Shown: piece after piece, positions 1-10,233 of the stretch
How the letters are laid out: the number at the start of each line of letters is the position of its first letter
Position numbering within the stretch: position 1 is the stretch's first letter
Source of the DNA: Gemmatimonadota bacterium
GTDB taxonomy: Bacteria > Gemmatimonadota > Gemmatimonadetes > Palauibacterales > Palauibacteraceae
Assembly (NCBI GenBank): GCA_039589195.1
Contig: JBDHHV010000038.1
Location: forward strand, 13,288-77,287
DNA: 64,000 bases
Direction: 5' to 3'
Position numbers and translations under genes: made by a program
Notes under the pieces: model-generated
What the model saw: the letters and a program-made list of their open reading frames with translations, nothing else
Databases searched by the model: none
Told to the model about the DNA's origin: nothing

Positions 1-1
1 G

Positions 2-736
2 GCCTGGACCCGCCTCTATTGGATTCCGCACGGACTCGGGAAGCACGAAGGGACCTACGTCTCGTACCCGCACGAGGAGCTGTTCGCCATCTTGACGTTG
101 GAATCGAATCGACACCGTTGCGAAGTGGTGGGAGAAAACCTGGGAACCGTCCCGCCTGAAATCGACGAGGCGCTACCGCGCCACCGCATCTGGGGGATGT
201 ATCTGGCGCAGTTCGAGGCCTGGCGAGCCACGAAACGTGAAGGGCGCGCAGCGAGTCCGAAGGTCGAGGCGCCGGGCGATGCGGACATGGCTCTCGTGGG
301 CACGCACGACACGCCCACCTTCGCGGGGTGGCTTGCCGGCACCGACATAGAAGAACGGGTTCGGCACGGATTGCTGGCCGAGGGAGCGGTCGCGAGCGTC
401 CGGGAGGAGCGATCGCTCGCCACACGACTGCTCGCCGGTCGGCTGGAAAGCTGCGTGGACGAGCCACGCACCTTTCTGACCGAGCTGTTGGAGTGGCTCG
501 GCCGGTCCGACAGTCCACTGGTCGTCCCCTGGTTGGAGGACCTGTGGCTCGAGGAGCAGGGGGTCAATCTCCCCGGGACGGGCTCTTCGGAGCGGTTGAA
601 CTGGCAGCGTCCCATGCGGAGGCTCCTCGAAGAGATCTTTACCGACCTCGAGGTGGACGAGCTGATCAGCCGCCTCGACCGGGCTCGCCAGGCCCGACGA
701 ACGAGCCGAGTGCCCGAGACACCCAGCATTCTCTAG
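2..736 (+). CDS. malQ: 4-alpha-glucanotransferase (amylomaltase, GH77), C-terminal part. The gene starts upstream of the window.
   Basis: The frame is open from nt 2. Translation shows GH77 C-terminal motifs (VGENLGTVP, GTHDTPT, LPGTG) and ends at TAG 734-736. Confidence 0.8.
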   Translation, partial: AWTRLYWIPHGLGKHEGTYVSYPHEELFAILTLESNRHRCEVVGENLGTVPPEIDEALPRHRIWGMYLAQFEAWRATKREGRAASPKVEAPGDADMALVGTHDTPTFAGWLAGTDIEERVRHGLLAEGAVASVREERSLATRLLAGRLESCVDEPRTFLTELLEWLGRSDSPLVVPWLEDLWLEEQGVNLPGTGSSERLNWQRPMRRLLEEIFTDLEVDELISRLDRARQARRTSRVPETPSIL

Positions 737-753
737 AGAGGCCCGAGTCCAGC

Positions 754-2316
754 ATGGAATCACCCGCTGCCACCGCGCCCGCCGCTGTCCGTCCGAAGCC
801 GCGCCTGTCGTTCTGGGAAATCTGGAACATGAGCTTCGGCTTTCTGGGCATTCAGTTCGGCTTCGCGCTCCAGAACGCGAACGTGAGCCGCATCTTCGAG
901 ACGCTGGGCGCCAGCGTGGAAAACATCCCCATTCTGTGGATCGCCGCGCCGGTCACCGGGCTCCTGGTTCAGCCGATCGTCGGTTACTTCAGCGACCGCA
1001 CCTGGAACCGGCTCGGCCGCCGCCGTCCGTATTTCCTGGGGGGAGCGATCCTGGCCTCTCTGGCCCTGGTCGCCATGCCGAACTCGCCCGCGCTATGGGT
1101 GGCGGCCGGCATGCTCTGGATCATGGACGCCTCGATCAACATCTCGATGGAGCCCTTCCGTGCGTTCGTGGGGGACAACCTGCCCTCGGAGCAGCGAACC
1201 ACCGGGTTCGCCATGCAGAGCTTCTTCATCGGCACCGGTGCGGTGGTGGCGTCCATGCTCCCCTGGCTTCTCACGGGGCAGTTCGGGGTGAGCAACGAGG
1301 CACCCGAGGGCGTGATCCCCGACTCGGTGCGCCTCTCCTTCTACCTGGGCGCCGCGGTGTTCTTCATCGCGGTGCTGTGGACGGTCATCAAGTCGAAGGA
1401 GTACTCGCCCGAGGAGATGGCATCCTTCGAGGAGAACCAGGAGCGGGAGGGCTTCGCCAAGGCGATACGGACGGCGGAGGAGTACGCGCTCAACGGCGGC
1501 CGGCAGATCCGGCTGGGCTGGATTCTCCTCGCAGTGGGTACGTTGTCCAGCGTCTGGCTGGCCAACGAGGAGCTCTATCAGGTCATGGTCCTGTCGGCCG
1601 GGGTCGGGTTCGTGGGCGTGCTCCTCATCGTGAGCGGGCGCATGCAGCGCGGCGGCCGGTACGACAACGGCTTCGTGACGATCCTGAACGACTTTCAGGA
1701 CATGCCCCACACCATGCGGCAGCTGGCCTCGGTGCAGTTCTTCTCGTGGTTCGCGCTCTTCGCCATGTGGATCTATACGACCGCCGCGGTGACCAGCCAC
1801 ATCTACGGCACCACCGACACTACCTCGGCGCTCTACAACGAGGGGGCGAACTGGGTGGGGGTCGCCTTCGGCGCCTACAACGGCGTCGCCGCCCTGGTAG
1901 CCTTTGCCATTCCGGTATTGGCGAAGAGGACCAGCCGGAAGATCGCCCACGCCATCTGCCTCGTGTGCGGCGCGCTGGGGCTCCTCTCCATCTTGGTCAT
2001 CTCGGACCCCCGCTTCCTGCTGGGCTCCATGGTGGGGGTCGGGATCGCCTGGGCGAGCATCCTCTCCATGCCCTACGCGATCTTGACCGGATCCCTGCCT
2101 CCCTCGAAGCTGGGCTACTACATGGGCGTCTTCAACTTCTTCATCGTGATCCCGCAGATCGTCGCGGCGGCCATCCTGGGCTTCTTCGTTGGACGCTTCT
2201 TCGGCGGAGAGGCGATCTACGCCCTTCTCGTCGGCGGTGTGTCCCTCGTGCTCGCCGCGGCGCTGACGCTTCGCGTGGAGGACCGGGACGACATAGCGGC
2301 GGCGGTTTCGGGCTGA
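754..2316 (+). CDS. MFS transporter, GPH/SLC45-like sugar:H+ symporter (maltose/sucrose type)
   Basis: ATG at 754 lies inside the longer 328..2316 ORF. The product has about 12 hydrophobic helices and the conserved GYFSDR..GRRRPY loop typical of sucrose/maltose-type MFS. It sits within a glucan locus. Confidence 0.8.
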   Translation: MESPAATAPAAVRPKPRLSFWEIWNMSFGFLGIQFGFALQNANVSRIFETLGASVENIPILWIAAPVTGLLVQPIVGYFSDRTWNRLGRRRPYFLGGAILASLALVAMPNSPALWVAAGMLWIMDASINISMEPFRAFVGDNLPSEQRTTGFAMQSFFIGTGAVVASMLPWLLTGQFGVSNEAPEGVIPDSVRLSFYLGAAVFFIAVLWTVIKSKEYSPEEMASFEENQEREGFAKAIRTAEEYALNGGRQIRLGWILLAVGTLSSVWLANEELYQVMVLSAGVGFVGVLLIVSGRMQRGGRYDNGFVTILNDFQDMPHTMRQLASVQFFSWFALFAMWIYTTAAVTSHIYGTTDTTSALYNEGANWVGVAFGAYNGVAALVAFAIPVLAKRTSRKIAHAICLVCGALGLLSILVISDPRFLLGSMVGVGIAWASILSMPYAILTGSLPPSKLGYYMGVFNFFIVIPQIVAAAILGFFVGRFFGGEAIYALLVGGVSLVLAAALTLRVEDRDDIAAAVSG

Positions 2317-2347
2317 TGCGGACGCCGTAGAGGGAACGAGTGGACCG

Positions 2348-4075
2348 ATGAAGATCGTGATTCGTGCCGCCGCGCTCATGGGCCTCGGCGCCCTCTTCCT
2401 CTCGGGGTGCAGCGCCCGAGCTGCCGGCCCGAGGGCCCCCGACGCCGGAGCCCCCGACCCCGGAGCTCCCGGTCGAGACATCGAGTCAGCCACGGTCACG
2501 GACCCATCGGTGTTCTGGAACGGCGCCACGGTCTACTTCCTCCTCACCGACCGCTTCCGGAACGGCGACCCCACCAACGACCTGGCTTTGGGCCGTGCGC
2601 AGGACGGCGCGGTGCTGCGCAGCTTCCAGGGTGGTGATCTGGCCGGGCTGCTCCGAACGCTGGAGGAGGGGTACTTCGATGCCCTGGGGATCAACGCCAT
2701 CTGGATGACCCCGTTCGTGGAGCAGATCCACGGGAGCGTCGACGAGGGGACCGGGAAGACCTACGGATTCCACGGGTACTGGACCCGGGACTGGACGGCT
2801 GTCGAGCCGGCGTTGGGGACCGAGGACGACCTGCGAGCAGTGGTCGACGCGGCCCACCGGCGTGGCATCCGCGTCCTCATGGATGCCGTGATCAACCACA
2901 CCGGGCCGGTCACGCCCCGGGATCCGCAGTGGCCCGACGATTGGGTTCGCACCGGCCCCCGGTGCGTCTACCGGGACTACCGCACTACGGTGGACTGCAC
3001 CCTGGTGGACAACCTCCCGGATATCCTCACAGACCGGGATGATCCCGTGGAGCTCCCCCGGCCGCTGATCGAGAAGTGGGAGCGGGAAGGGCGCCTGGAC
3101 CGGGAGCTGGCCGAGCTCGACGCTTTCTTCACGCGCACGGGTTACCCGCGGGCGCCCCGGTACTACATCATGAAGTGGCTCACCGACTGGGTGCGCGAGC
3201 TCGGCTTCGACGGTTACCGGGTGGATACCGCCAAGCATTTCGAAGAGGCGGTCAGCGCGGAGCTGAAGGAGGAAGCCGGGCACGCCTTCGCCGACTGGAA
3301 GGAGACTCATCCGGACCGGGCTCTGGACGCTCTCCCGTTCTACATGATGGGCGAGGTCTACAACTACGAGCTGAGCCACGGGCGTGACTTCGATTTCGGG
3401 GACCGGACCGTGGACTTCTTCGACTACGGTTACGACGGCCTCATCAACTTCGGACTCAAGCGGGAGACCACCGGATCTCTGGACGATCTTTTCACGCGCT
3501 ACTCGGCAGCGCTTCGTGAGGGGGAGCTTCGGGGGGTCGCGATCCTCAACTACGTCAGCTCTCATGACGACGGATCGCCGTACGACCCGGAGCGAAGGGA
3601 CCCGTTCGGCGCAGGAACCCGTCTCCTCCTCGCCCCGGGGGGCGCCCAGATCTACTACGGGGACGAGCTGGCGCGGCCCCTCAGGGTGGAGGGCGCCGAA
3701 GGCGACGCTAACCTCCGCTCCGTCATGAACTGGGATGCCCTGGAACGCGCGGGCTCCACGCCCGAGATCCTGGAACATTGGCGGAAGCTGGGCCGGTTCC
3801 GTCGGGCCCACCCGGCCGTCGGGGCGGGGGAGCATCGCCGGCTCCAGGCAGAGCCGTACATCTTCAGCCGCACCCTCGAGACGGACGGGCTGTACGATCG
3901 CGTGCTCGTGGCGATGGGCCAGGGTGAGGGCTCGGTCACCATCCCTGTCTTCGGAGTGTTTCCCGATGGCGCCGAGCTCCTGGACGCCTACTCGGGGGAG
4001 ACAGGCACGGTCGCTCACGGGGAGATCTCGCTGGTGACCGAGTCCGGTCTGGTTCTCCTGAGCGAGCGGCGGTGA
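2348..4075 (+). CDS. Alpha-amylase family (GH13) lipoprotein
   Basis: Lipoprotein signal LFLSGC. GH13 conserved regions are present: VDAVINHTG, GFDGYRVDTAKH, and YVSSHDD near the C-terminus. Confidence 0.85.
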   Translation: MKIVIRAAALMGLGALFLSGCSARAAGPRAPDAGAPDPGAPGRDIESATVTDPSVFWNGATVYFLLTDRFRNGDPTNDLALGRAQDGAVLRSFQGGDLAGLLRTLEEGYFDALGINAIWMTPFVEQIHGSVDEGTGKTYGFHGYWTRDWTAVEPALGTEDDLRAVVDAAHRRGIRVLMDAVINHTGPVTPRDPQWPDDWVRTGPRCVYRDYRTTVDCTLVDNLPDILTDRDDPVELPRPLIEKWEREGRLDRELAELDAFFTRTGYPRAPRYYIMKWLTDWVRELGFDGYRVDTAKHFEEAVSAELKEEAGHAFADWKETHPDRALDALPFYMMGEVYNYELSHGRDFDFGDRTVDFFDYGYDGLINFGLKRETTGSLDDLFTRYSAALREGELRGVAILNYVSSHDDGSPYDPERRDPFGAGTRLLLAPGGAQIYYGDELARPLRVEGAEGDANLRSVMNWDALERAGSTPEILEHWRKLGRFRRAHPAVGAGEHRRLQAEPYIFSRTLETDGLYDRVLVAMGQGEGSVTIPVFGVFPDGAELLDAYSGETGTVAHGEISLVTESGLVLLSERR

Positions 4076-6471
4076 GTGCCCGGATCATGACGGCGCTTCC
4101 CGGGATGTTCCCCGACGCGGCCCTGGTCGTCGTGGGCCTACTGGTGGGTTGCGGCGGGAGCGCGGTGGAGAGAGACGACGAGAGCCCTCAGGGGAGTGCA
4201 CAGGAGGAAGAGTTGGAGAGACGTCTCCGGGCCGAGATCCAGGGTCCCACCGCGATCCGATTCACCCTCGCCGGCGTCGAACGGCCGTCCGGACCATCGG
4301 CCTATCGCCTGACAGACGGCCACGGCCGGGAGATTCCCATCGCGGAGGTGCTGCCCAACACCGCGTCCGAGTCCCTTGTGGTCCCGGAGGTCGCGCTGGA
4401 TCCCATGCGGGTCCACTACCTGGAGGTCCCCGAGCTGGGTCTCCGGGCCCTGGTCCAGCGGGTCCCCATCTTCCGCAACCTCTACTCCTCCAAGCCCCTG
4501 GGCGCGGTTGTCTCGGACGACGGGGGCGAGACCGCCTTCCGCATCTTTTCCCCCCGGGCGCAAGCCGTGCGGCTCCATCTCTATCACGCCAAAGACGACG
4601 CACCTGCCGAGGTCTGGCGCGTCGTGGAGATGGAGAAGGACGAGGACGGAGTGTGGGAGGCCACGGAGATCGGGGATCTCCACGGCACCTGGTACGACTT
4701 CACGGTTCACGGTCCGGCCGATCCCGGGAACTGGTTCTACGAGACCCACCCCGTCCACGTCTCGGATCCCTACGCGTTGGTCAACGATGACGCCCTGGGG
4801 AAGTCGCGGGTGTGGCGGGACGGTCCTCCTCCGCCTCCCGTGTCGGGTGGCCGGCCGCGCATGGAGGACGTAGTGGCGTACGAGGTGCACGTTCAGGACT
4901 TCACCGACCTCCTTCCCGTGGGCGAAGCGGAGACCGGGACGCTCCCCGCTATGGCCCGGGCGGGGCTGGTGAACGCGCACGGCGAGCCCATCGGCTTCGA
5001 CCACCTGGCGGGTCTCGGCGTCAACGTGGTCCATCTCATGCCGGTGCAGGAGTACCTCCACTACCCCGACGCCGACTGGCAGGCCGCTTTCGCGGATGAT
5101 CCCTTCGCGCAGGCCATGGGGATCGATCGGGAGAACTACCAGTGGGGGTATCGCACGACCCACGCGTTCGCCGTGGAGAGCCGCTTCCGTTCGCGGGACG
5201 CCGAGCCCGGAGCGGAACGGGAGCAGTTCAAGGCGCTCGTCCGGGCGTTCCACGAGCGGGGCATCGCGGTGATCATCGATGTGGTGCCGAACCACACCGG
5301 CGAGAACATGGACGGGCGGCACCTGCTCCTGAACTTCAACGTCCTGGATCTCCCCTACTACTACCGCACCAACGAGGACCTCGAGCACATAGGCCCGTTC
5401 GGGAACGAGGTGAAGTCGGAGGAGCGGCCCATGGTGCAGCGCTGGATCGTCGACCAGCTGAGGCATTGGGTGGAGGGGCTGGGCGTGGACGGCTTCCGCA
5501 TCGACCTGGCCGGGCAGCTGGACGAGCAGACGCTCCTCCGGGTCAAGCAGGAGCTCCCGCAGGATCTGATCATCTACGGGGAAGCGTGGATTCCCCCCAG
5601 CGACCCCGATGTCCGCTCGAACCCCGATTGGAGTTGGTACAAGGCCGATGCGCCGATCACCTTCTTCCAGGACGACGCCCGCGACGCCTTCAAAGGCACC
5701 CCTTTCGACGTGGACAAGCGGGGGTGGGCCGGCGGAGACGGCGTCGCCCGGGACGCCACCATGCGCGGGCTCGCCAACCAACATGCCGAAGAGTCGCACG
5801 CTACGAAGGGGATCGCCTACCTGGATATCCATGACAACTGGGCCCTGGCCGATCGATACGCGCTCAGCGACGATCACAACGGGCTCGAGGGCGTGGACCT
5901 GGGCGCCATGCGGATCGCCGCCGGACTCCTCTTCACCGCGGCGGGACCGGTCGTGATCCACGGGGGGACCGAGATGCTCCGCTCCAAGGGGCTGGCGCCG
6001 CTCGAGGAATTCCGGGTGGAAGCGGCCGGCGGCACGATTTGGTTCAAGGGCCGGGACGACACCTACAACCTGCGGGCCCCGAACCGGTTCCTGTGGAACA
6101 GCCTCGTCCCCGGCTCCGATCACGCGGCCATGCGGGACTACTGGCGGGGTCTCCTGGCGCTGCGCATGTCGGAGCACGGCCGGGTCTTCCGCGTCGCCGA
6201 GGTGCCCGACGGGCACTACCGCTGGATCACCCCGGACGAAGGCACGTTACTGGGATACGTGGTCGGTGAGCGAGTCCTGGTCCTGGCCAACAGCGGCGCA
6301 GACGAGGGTGTCTTCCGGTTCGATCTGCCGGAGGGCGATTGGCGGCAGGTGGGCGGCCGCGAACGAGTGAACCTGGACGGCGTGGAGGGCGAATTCGCGC
6401 GGCTCGGCCGTGGGAGGCAGGAGGTGCCGGTGCCGGCTGGCGCGTTCCTGGTGTGGGTGGCCGACCGCTGA
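4072..6471 (+). CDS. Pullulanase-type debranching enzyme (CBM48 + GH13), lipoprotein
   Basis: GTG 4072 overlaps the amylase stop (GTGA); in-frame ATGs at 4087 and 4105 are alternative starts. Lipobox LLVGC. A CBM48-like N-domain is followed by GH13 motifs IIDVVPNHTG and GVDGFRIDLAGQ. Confidence 0.8.
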   Translation: MSARIMTALPGMFPDAALVVVGLLVGCGGSAVERDDESPQGSAQEEELERRLRAEIQGPTAIRFTLAGVERPSGPSAYRLTDGHGREIPIAEVLPNTASESLVVPEVALDPMRVHYLEVPELGLRALVQRVPIFRNLYSSKPLGAVVSDDGGETAFRIFSPRAQAVRLHLYHAKDDAPAEVWRVVEMEKDEDGVWEATEIGDLHGTWYDFTVHGPADPGNWFYETHPVHVSDPYALVNDDALGKSRVWRDGPPPPPVSGGRPRMEDVVAYEVHVQDFTDLLPVGEAETGTLPAMARAGLVNAHGEPIGFDHLAGLGVNVVHLMPVQEYLHYPDADWQAAFADDPFAQAMGIDRENYQWGYRTTHAFAVESRFRSRDAEPGAEREQFKALVRAFHERGIAVIIDVVPNHTGENMDGRHLLLNFNVLDLPYYYRTNEDLEHIGPFGNEVKSEERPMVQRWIVDQLRHWVEGLGVDGFRIDLAGQLDEQTLLRVKQELPQDLIIYGEAWIPPSDPDVRSNPDWSWYKADAPITFFQDDARDAFKGTPFDVDKRGWAGGDGVARDATMRGLANQHAEESHATKGIAYLDIHDNWALADRYALSDDHNGLEGVDLGAMRIAAGLLFTAAGPVVIHGGTEMLRSKGLAPLEEFRVEAAGGTIWFKGRDDTYNLRAPNRFLWNSLVPGSDHAAMRDYWRGLLALRMSEHGRVFRVAEVPDGHYRWITPDEGTLLGYVVGERVLVLANSGADEGVFRFDLPEGDWRQVGGRERVNLDGVEGEFARLGRGRQEVPVPAGAFLVWVADR

Positions 6472-6476
6472 TCCTG

Positions 6477-7367
6477 CTAGGTGCCGCCCGAGATCTTGCG
6501 ATACATCCCGCGCACGTTGAGCTCTCGCCAATCCTCGTAGCGGTCCCAGTCGCGGTACTCCTCGAGCAGGACCTCCGCCGCCGCCTCATCCTCGCTCATT
6601 CCCGCCTCGACGGCCGCCCGGACGGCCTCGTCCAGGTCGCGATAGTACTGGAGTTGCCGCTCGATCGCCGGGCGGTCCCCGGGCGGACCATGGCCGAACA
6701 CGATACGGTCGAAGGGGATCTCGAGCAGACCCTCGATCGCCCCGAACATGTCCGGGAAGTGGAAGCTCGCGAGGTCCCGGTACCCGAACCGATCCCGCGA
6801 TACGAAGTCGACGGCGAACGCGATGCGGTGCGCGGGCAGGTAACCGACGGCGATGTCGTCGCTGTGGCTCCGACCGAGGTAGTGGAGCTCGACCTCGCCT
6901 CCCGCCAGCGAGGCACGGTCGGAGAACGTGGAATCGGGTGGGGGCAGGTCCGGATTCGCGGCCTCACGGAGCGGAGCGTCCGCATTCTCGTGCGCGAAGA
7001 TGGGGGCACCCGACTCGAACGCCTCGCGCAGGACGGTGGCGCCGGTCGCGTGGTCGGCATCGCGATGACTGTACACGATTGCGGTCAGCTCGGTGTCCGG
7101 CACATGCCTGCGAATCTCCTCGGCGTACAGTGCCGCCGCTTCGACGGAGATCGGGTCGAACGCGACGATGCCGGCGGCGGTGCGCACGAACAGGGTATTG
7201 TGAGCCTGGAAACGGAACTGATACACCCCGTCCGCCACCTCGGTCGTCTCGTAGGGCGGCGGCTCATCGGGTTCGCTTCCCCTTTCGGCCACCGGGGGTG
7301 GGGGCCCTTCCGAGCAGCCGGCGGCTACCAGGATGAACATCCAGGGCAAGATACGCTCACGGATCAT
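6477..7367 (-). CDS. MBL-fold metallo-hydrolase lipoprotein
   Basis: Signal/lipobox LVAAGCS. Metal-binding motif YSHRDADH (HxHxDH class) and later His/Asp residues. Strong RBS AAGGAGGAG upstream. The ATG overlaps the stop of the upstream GT4 gene (ATGA). Confidence 0.75.
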   Translation of the reverse strand: MIRERILPWMFILVAAGCSEGPPPPVAERGSEPDEPPPYETTEVADGVYQFRFQAHNTLFVRTAAGIVAFDPISVEAAALYAEEIRRHVPDTELTAIVYSHRDADHATGATVLREAFESGAPIFAHENADAPLREAANPDLPPPDSTFSDRASLAGGEVELHYLGRSHSDDIAVGYLPAHRIAFAVDFVSRDRFGYRDLASFHFPDMFGAIEGLLEIPFDRIVFGHGPPGDRPAIERQLQYYRDLDEAVRAAVEAGMSEDEAAAEVLLEEYRDWDRYEDWRELNVRGMYRKISGGT

Positions 7368-8473
7368 CGGTGCTCCTCCTTGAGTTCGTGCAGCCAGCTC
7401 TCCAACGCTGCGCCGAGTTGCACGGTGTCGAAGTGCTCCTCGGCACGGCGGCGGGCTTGCGCGGCCATGCTGCTGCGCCTCGGCTCATCCTCGAGAATCT
7501 GGCGTACAGCCCGGCCCAGATCGGCAGGATCGCGCGGAGTCAGGATCCCCACGTCCCGCGTCACGATGGAGTCGACACCGCCGCCCTCATAGGCCACGCA
7601 CGGAGTGCCTCCGGCCAGCGCCTCCGCGTAGATGATCCCAAAGTGCTCCTTCTTCTCCGGACCCGCCACGAGCAACGTCGCTCCGTTGATCAACTCCGCC
7701 TTGTCGTCCGCGGAAACGAAACCCAGGAAGCGACCACGACCCTCCAGGTCACGCTCCAGCTGGGACCGAAGCTCCCCGGACCCGATGAAGAACGTCGGGG
7801 CGAGGTCCGCGTACTCCCTGGACGCCGTGACCACGTTCTGCGGTCCCTTCGAACGCGTCAGCGCCCCAGGGCAGATGACATATCGATCGGGGAGATCAAA
7901 CCGCTTGGTCGCTCCACCATTCCGCTCCGGATGGAACTCCCGCAGGTCGATTCCGCAGGGAAGCACCAGGAACCGTTCGGGTCCCACATCGACCAGCGGG
8001 CGCACGAGCGCGTCGCGGACGTAGTCCGTTGTCACCAACAGCCCGTCGGCGGCCTGAATGGCTTGCGCGATCTCCCCCCATAGCCGGTCGTCGTATCCCC
8101 CGCCGTGACGTGGTTCGATGCCGGTCCCGTGCAAGAACAGAGCGTACGGCTTGGAGGCTCGACGGCAAACCTCGAAGGTCGCGACGGCAACGAGGTTGGC
8201 ATGGTGGCCGATGACGATATCCACCCCGGCGACATACTGCTCGAGCGTCTGCTCGTAGGTATGAACGAGCTCGAGCGCTTCGCCATAAGTCATTGTGGAT
8301 ACGGTCTTTTGCGCATCCCCGGCCGAGGGCAGGTACTCGTGCACCGGCAGGGTCGCCCCCGGAAGCGGGATATCCACGTTGACCGCACCCGGGACACCTT
8401 CGCCGACCCCCGGGTGCATGAACACGACCTCGTTTCCACGAGCGAGGAGTTGGCTTGCCTGCTGCCGAGCCAC
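7364..8473 (-). CDS. Glycosyltransferase family 4 (GT-B fold, retaining)
   Basis: EX7E-type motif EHFGIIYAEALAGGTPCVAYEGGG. The conserved GT4 N-terminus (KIAIALLNAGRGSGEV) is encoded in-frame upstream of the annotated GTG 8473, but no ATG/GTG/TTG is available there (only ATC at about 8521), so the true start is uncertain. Confidence 0.75.
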   Translation of the reverse strand: MARQQASQLLARGNEVVFMHPGVGEGVPGAVNVDIPLPGATLPVHEYLPSAGDAQKTVSTMTYGEALELVHTYEQTLEQYVAGVDIVIGHHANLVAVATFEVCRRASKPYALFLHGTGIEPRHGGGYDDRLWGEIAQAIQAADGLLVTTDYVRDALVRPLVDVGPERFLVLPCGIDLREFHPERNGGATKRFDLPDRYVICPGALTRSKGPQNVVTASREYADLAPTFFIGSGELRSQLERDLEGRGRFLGFVSADDKAELINGATLLVAGPEKKEHFGIIYAEALAGGTPCVAYEGGGVDSIVTRDVGILTPRDPADLGRAVRQILEDEPRRSSMAAQARRRAEEHFDTVQLGAALESWLHELKEEHR

Positions 8474-8588
8474 TTCACCGCTCCCCCGTCCCGCATTCAG
8501 TAGCGCGATCGCGATCTTGATGGGTGAGTTCTCCTTCGAGCTTCAGGCTGGACCGGCACGGCACGGTGCACGGCTTCGGACCATCCGA

Positions 8589-9047
8589 TTAGACAATCCC
8601 TCGCTCCAATAGTCGCTTGCGGTAGGCATGCTGGGTCTTGGCGCGGGTGTACCCGAGCTGCTCGTAGAAAGGGTGCGCCTCGGCCCGCAGCACGTTGCTC
8701 CGCACCGACATCTGCTCGAGACCTCTACCGGCAGCCCACACCTCCACTGCCTCCAGGAGCTCGCGTCCGATCCCCAGCCCTCGGTGCTCCGAATCCACGA
8801 TCAACCCCAGGATCTCGCAGCGCCGCTCCGATTCCAGAAACTCCTGCTCGGAGCCGTGTATCCACCCCACCACCTGCCCGCGGCCCGACTCGGCGACAAA
8901 CACGATGTCCTCTGAGCCCCCGAGCAGACGCTCGAGCCGTCAGGCGACCGCGTCCTCGACCACGGGGTAGCCCAGAGCCGCGCCGAGCTCCGCGATGCGA
9001 GCTGCATCCTCGGGGACAGCCGAGCGGATACCTCGCGACCGCTTCAA
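8589..9047 (-). pseudogene. GNAT family N-acetyltransferase interrupted by an in-frame TGA
   Basis: The C-terminal 104 aa (8589..8903) carry the acetyl-CoA motif HRGLGIGRELL. The GNAT N-terminus (GIRSAVPEDAARIAELGAALGYP) is in the same frame upstream. The two parts are separated by TGA at 8940-8942. The only possible start is TTG 9047. Confidence 0.6.
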
Positions 9048-9083
9048 GTCGGGCGCGAGGAGATGGTCATGCCCAGGGACGTT

Positions 9084-10034
9084 TCATTCGAGCGGAATAC
9101 GGTCCTTGTTCTGCTCGAGCCATCGTTCGAACGTCAGGAGCGATGGGTTGAGCGATCGCGCGAACTCGGGGTCACGGGCGCCGCTGTAATCATCCTCGAA
9201 ATCGCGCTTGAACTGGAACATGTTCCCGATATCCTCCGCTCCCGGAAACCCGAATCCGCGGTACGCCTCGGCGGACACCTCGTTGTAGCGGACCTTCTCC
9301 CTGAGCGCCTCGCTCAACGCCGCCGCCATCTGCGTGCCCGTCAACTGCTCACCGGACACCCCGATGGTCTTCCCGATGAACTCGGGCCCCCGCTTGAAGA
9401 TTCCGTACGCACACTTCCCGATGTCCTCGGCCGCGATCCCCGGCAGCCTCGCCCCGCCCATCGGGAACGTGATGGCCAAGGTACCGTCCGGACCTCGCGT
9501 CGGCCCCGACCCGAAGAAGATGAGGTTGTCCCAGTAAAAGGACGTCAGGAGAAACGTCGTCGGCACCCCCAGGTCGGTGAATGCCGCGTTGGCCTCCGCC
9601 TTGGCGTCGAAGTGCGGGACTTTGTACCTCTCCATCAAGGTCGGCATGCGGTCGTCATCGAGCGGGACCCAGCGGCGCGTGTCCTCGAACGTGGACCAGA
9701 TGACGTGCTGGAGACCGGCGTCCGCCGCGGCCTCGGCCATGGCCCGCCCCTGCGCGCTCTCCTTCTCCGGGGAGAGGTGCTCCCAAAAGAACGTCACGCA
9801 GAACGCCCCGTACGCGCCCGCGAACGCTCGCTTCAGACTCTCGGCGTCATCCACGTCGGCCGCGACGACTTCCGCGCCAAGCTCCGCCAGCGCCCGAGCC
9901 TTGTCCGAGCTCACATCGCGCGTGAGGGCCCGGACCTGAAAGGGACTGTCGTCATCGTTCAAGATGGCTCGGGCCAACCCGCCGCCCTGCGCGCCGGTCG
10001 CCCCTACCACCGCAATGATCTTCTTATCGCTCAT
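9084..10034 (-). CDS. NmrA-like family NAD(P)-binding protein
   Basis: ATG 10034 preceded by AAAGGGAG. Rossmann motif VVGATGAQGG and NmrA/isoflavone-reductase-like length and layout. Confidence 0.75.
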   Translation of the reverse strand: MSDKKIIAVVGATGAQGGGLARAILNDDDSPFQVRALTRDVSSDKARALAELGAEVVAADVDDAESLKRAFAGAYGAFCVTFFWEHLSPEKESAQGRAMAEAAADAGLQHVIWSTFEDTRRWVPLDDDRMPTLMERYKVPHFDAKAEANAAFTDLGVPTTFLLTSFYWDNLIFFGSGPTRGPDGTLAITFPMGGARLPGIAAEDIGKCAYGIFKRGPEFIGKTIGVSGEQLTGTQMAAALSEALREKVRYNEVSAEAYRGFGFPGAEDIGNMFQFKRDFEDDYSGARDPEFARSLNPSLLTFERWLEQNKDRIPLE

Positions 10035-10233
10035 CGGTGCTCCCTTTGGAGGAGGATGCGTGCTTCCGGAGCACACTCGTACGCGCCTCTCGAGCTCATG
10101 TGCCATTATGATGGCACTCGACGAGCGCCCTCAGGAGAGGTCGACGGTGACCTCTAGCAGGCTGCCAATCCCGGTCGTGTCCGGCCAACCGCCGGCTCCG
10201 AGCCAGGGCGAGCCCTGATATGCGGTCCTTCCG

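Noticed and set aside
1093-6216. Long ORFs antisense to the MFS, amylase and pullulanase genes (for example 1093..2529, 2486..4018, 4138..6216). Likewise 13931..15163, 37401..38465, 47831..49714, 60299..62227 and 62894..63760.
   Set aside because: Their translations are low-complexity and Arg/Gly/Pro-rich with no motifs. They fully overlap genes with clear family signatures on the other strand, as expected from high-GC stop-codon depletion.
8940-9086. Genome-wide UGA recoding or selenocysteine as an explanation for the in-frame TGAs
   Set aside because: Most confidently called genes in the window terminate with TGA at positions matching family C-termini. No SECIS-like hairpin follows either TGA, and the expected residue context is not Cys-like.
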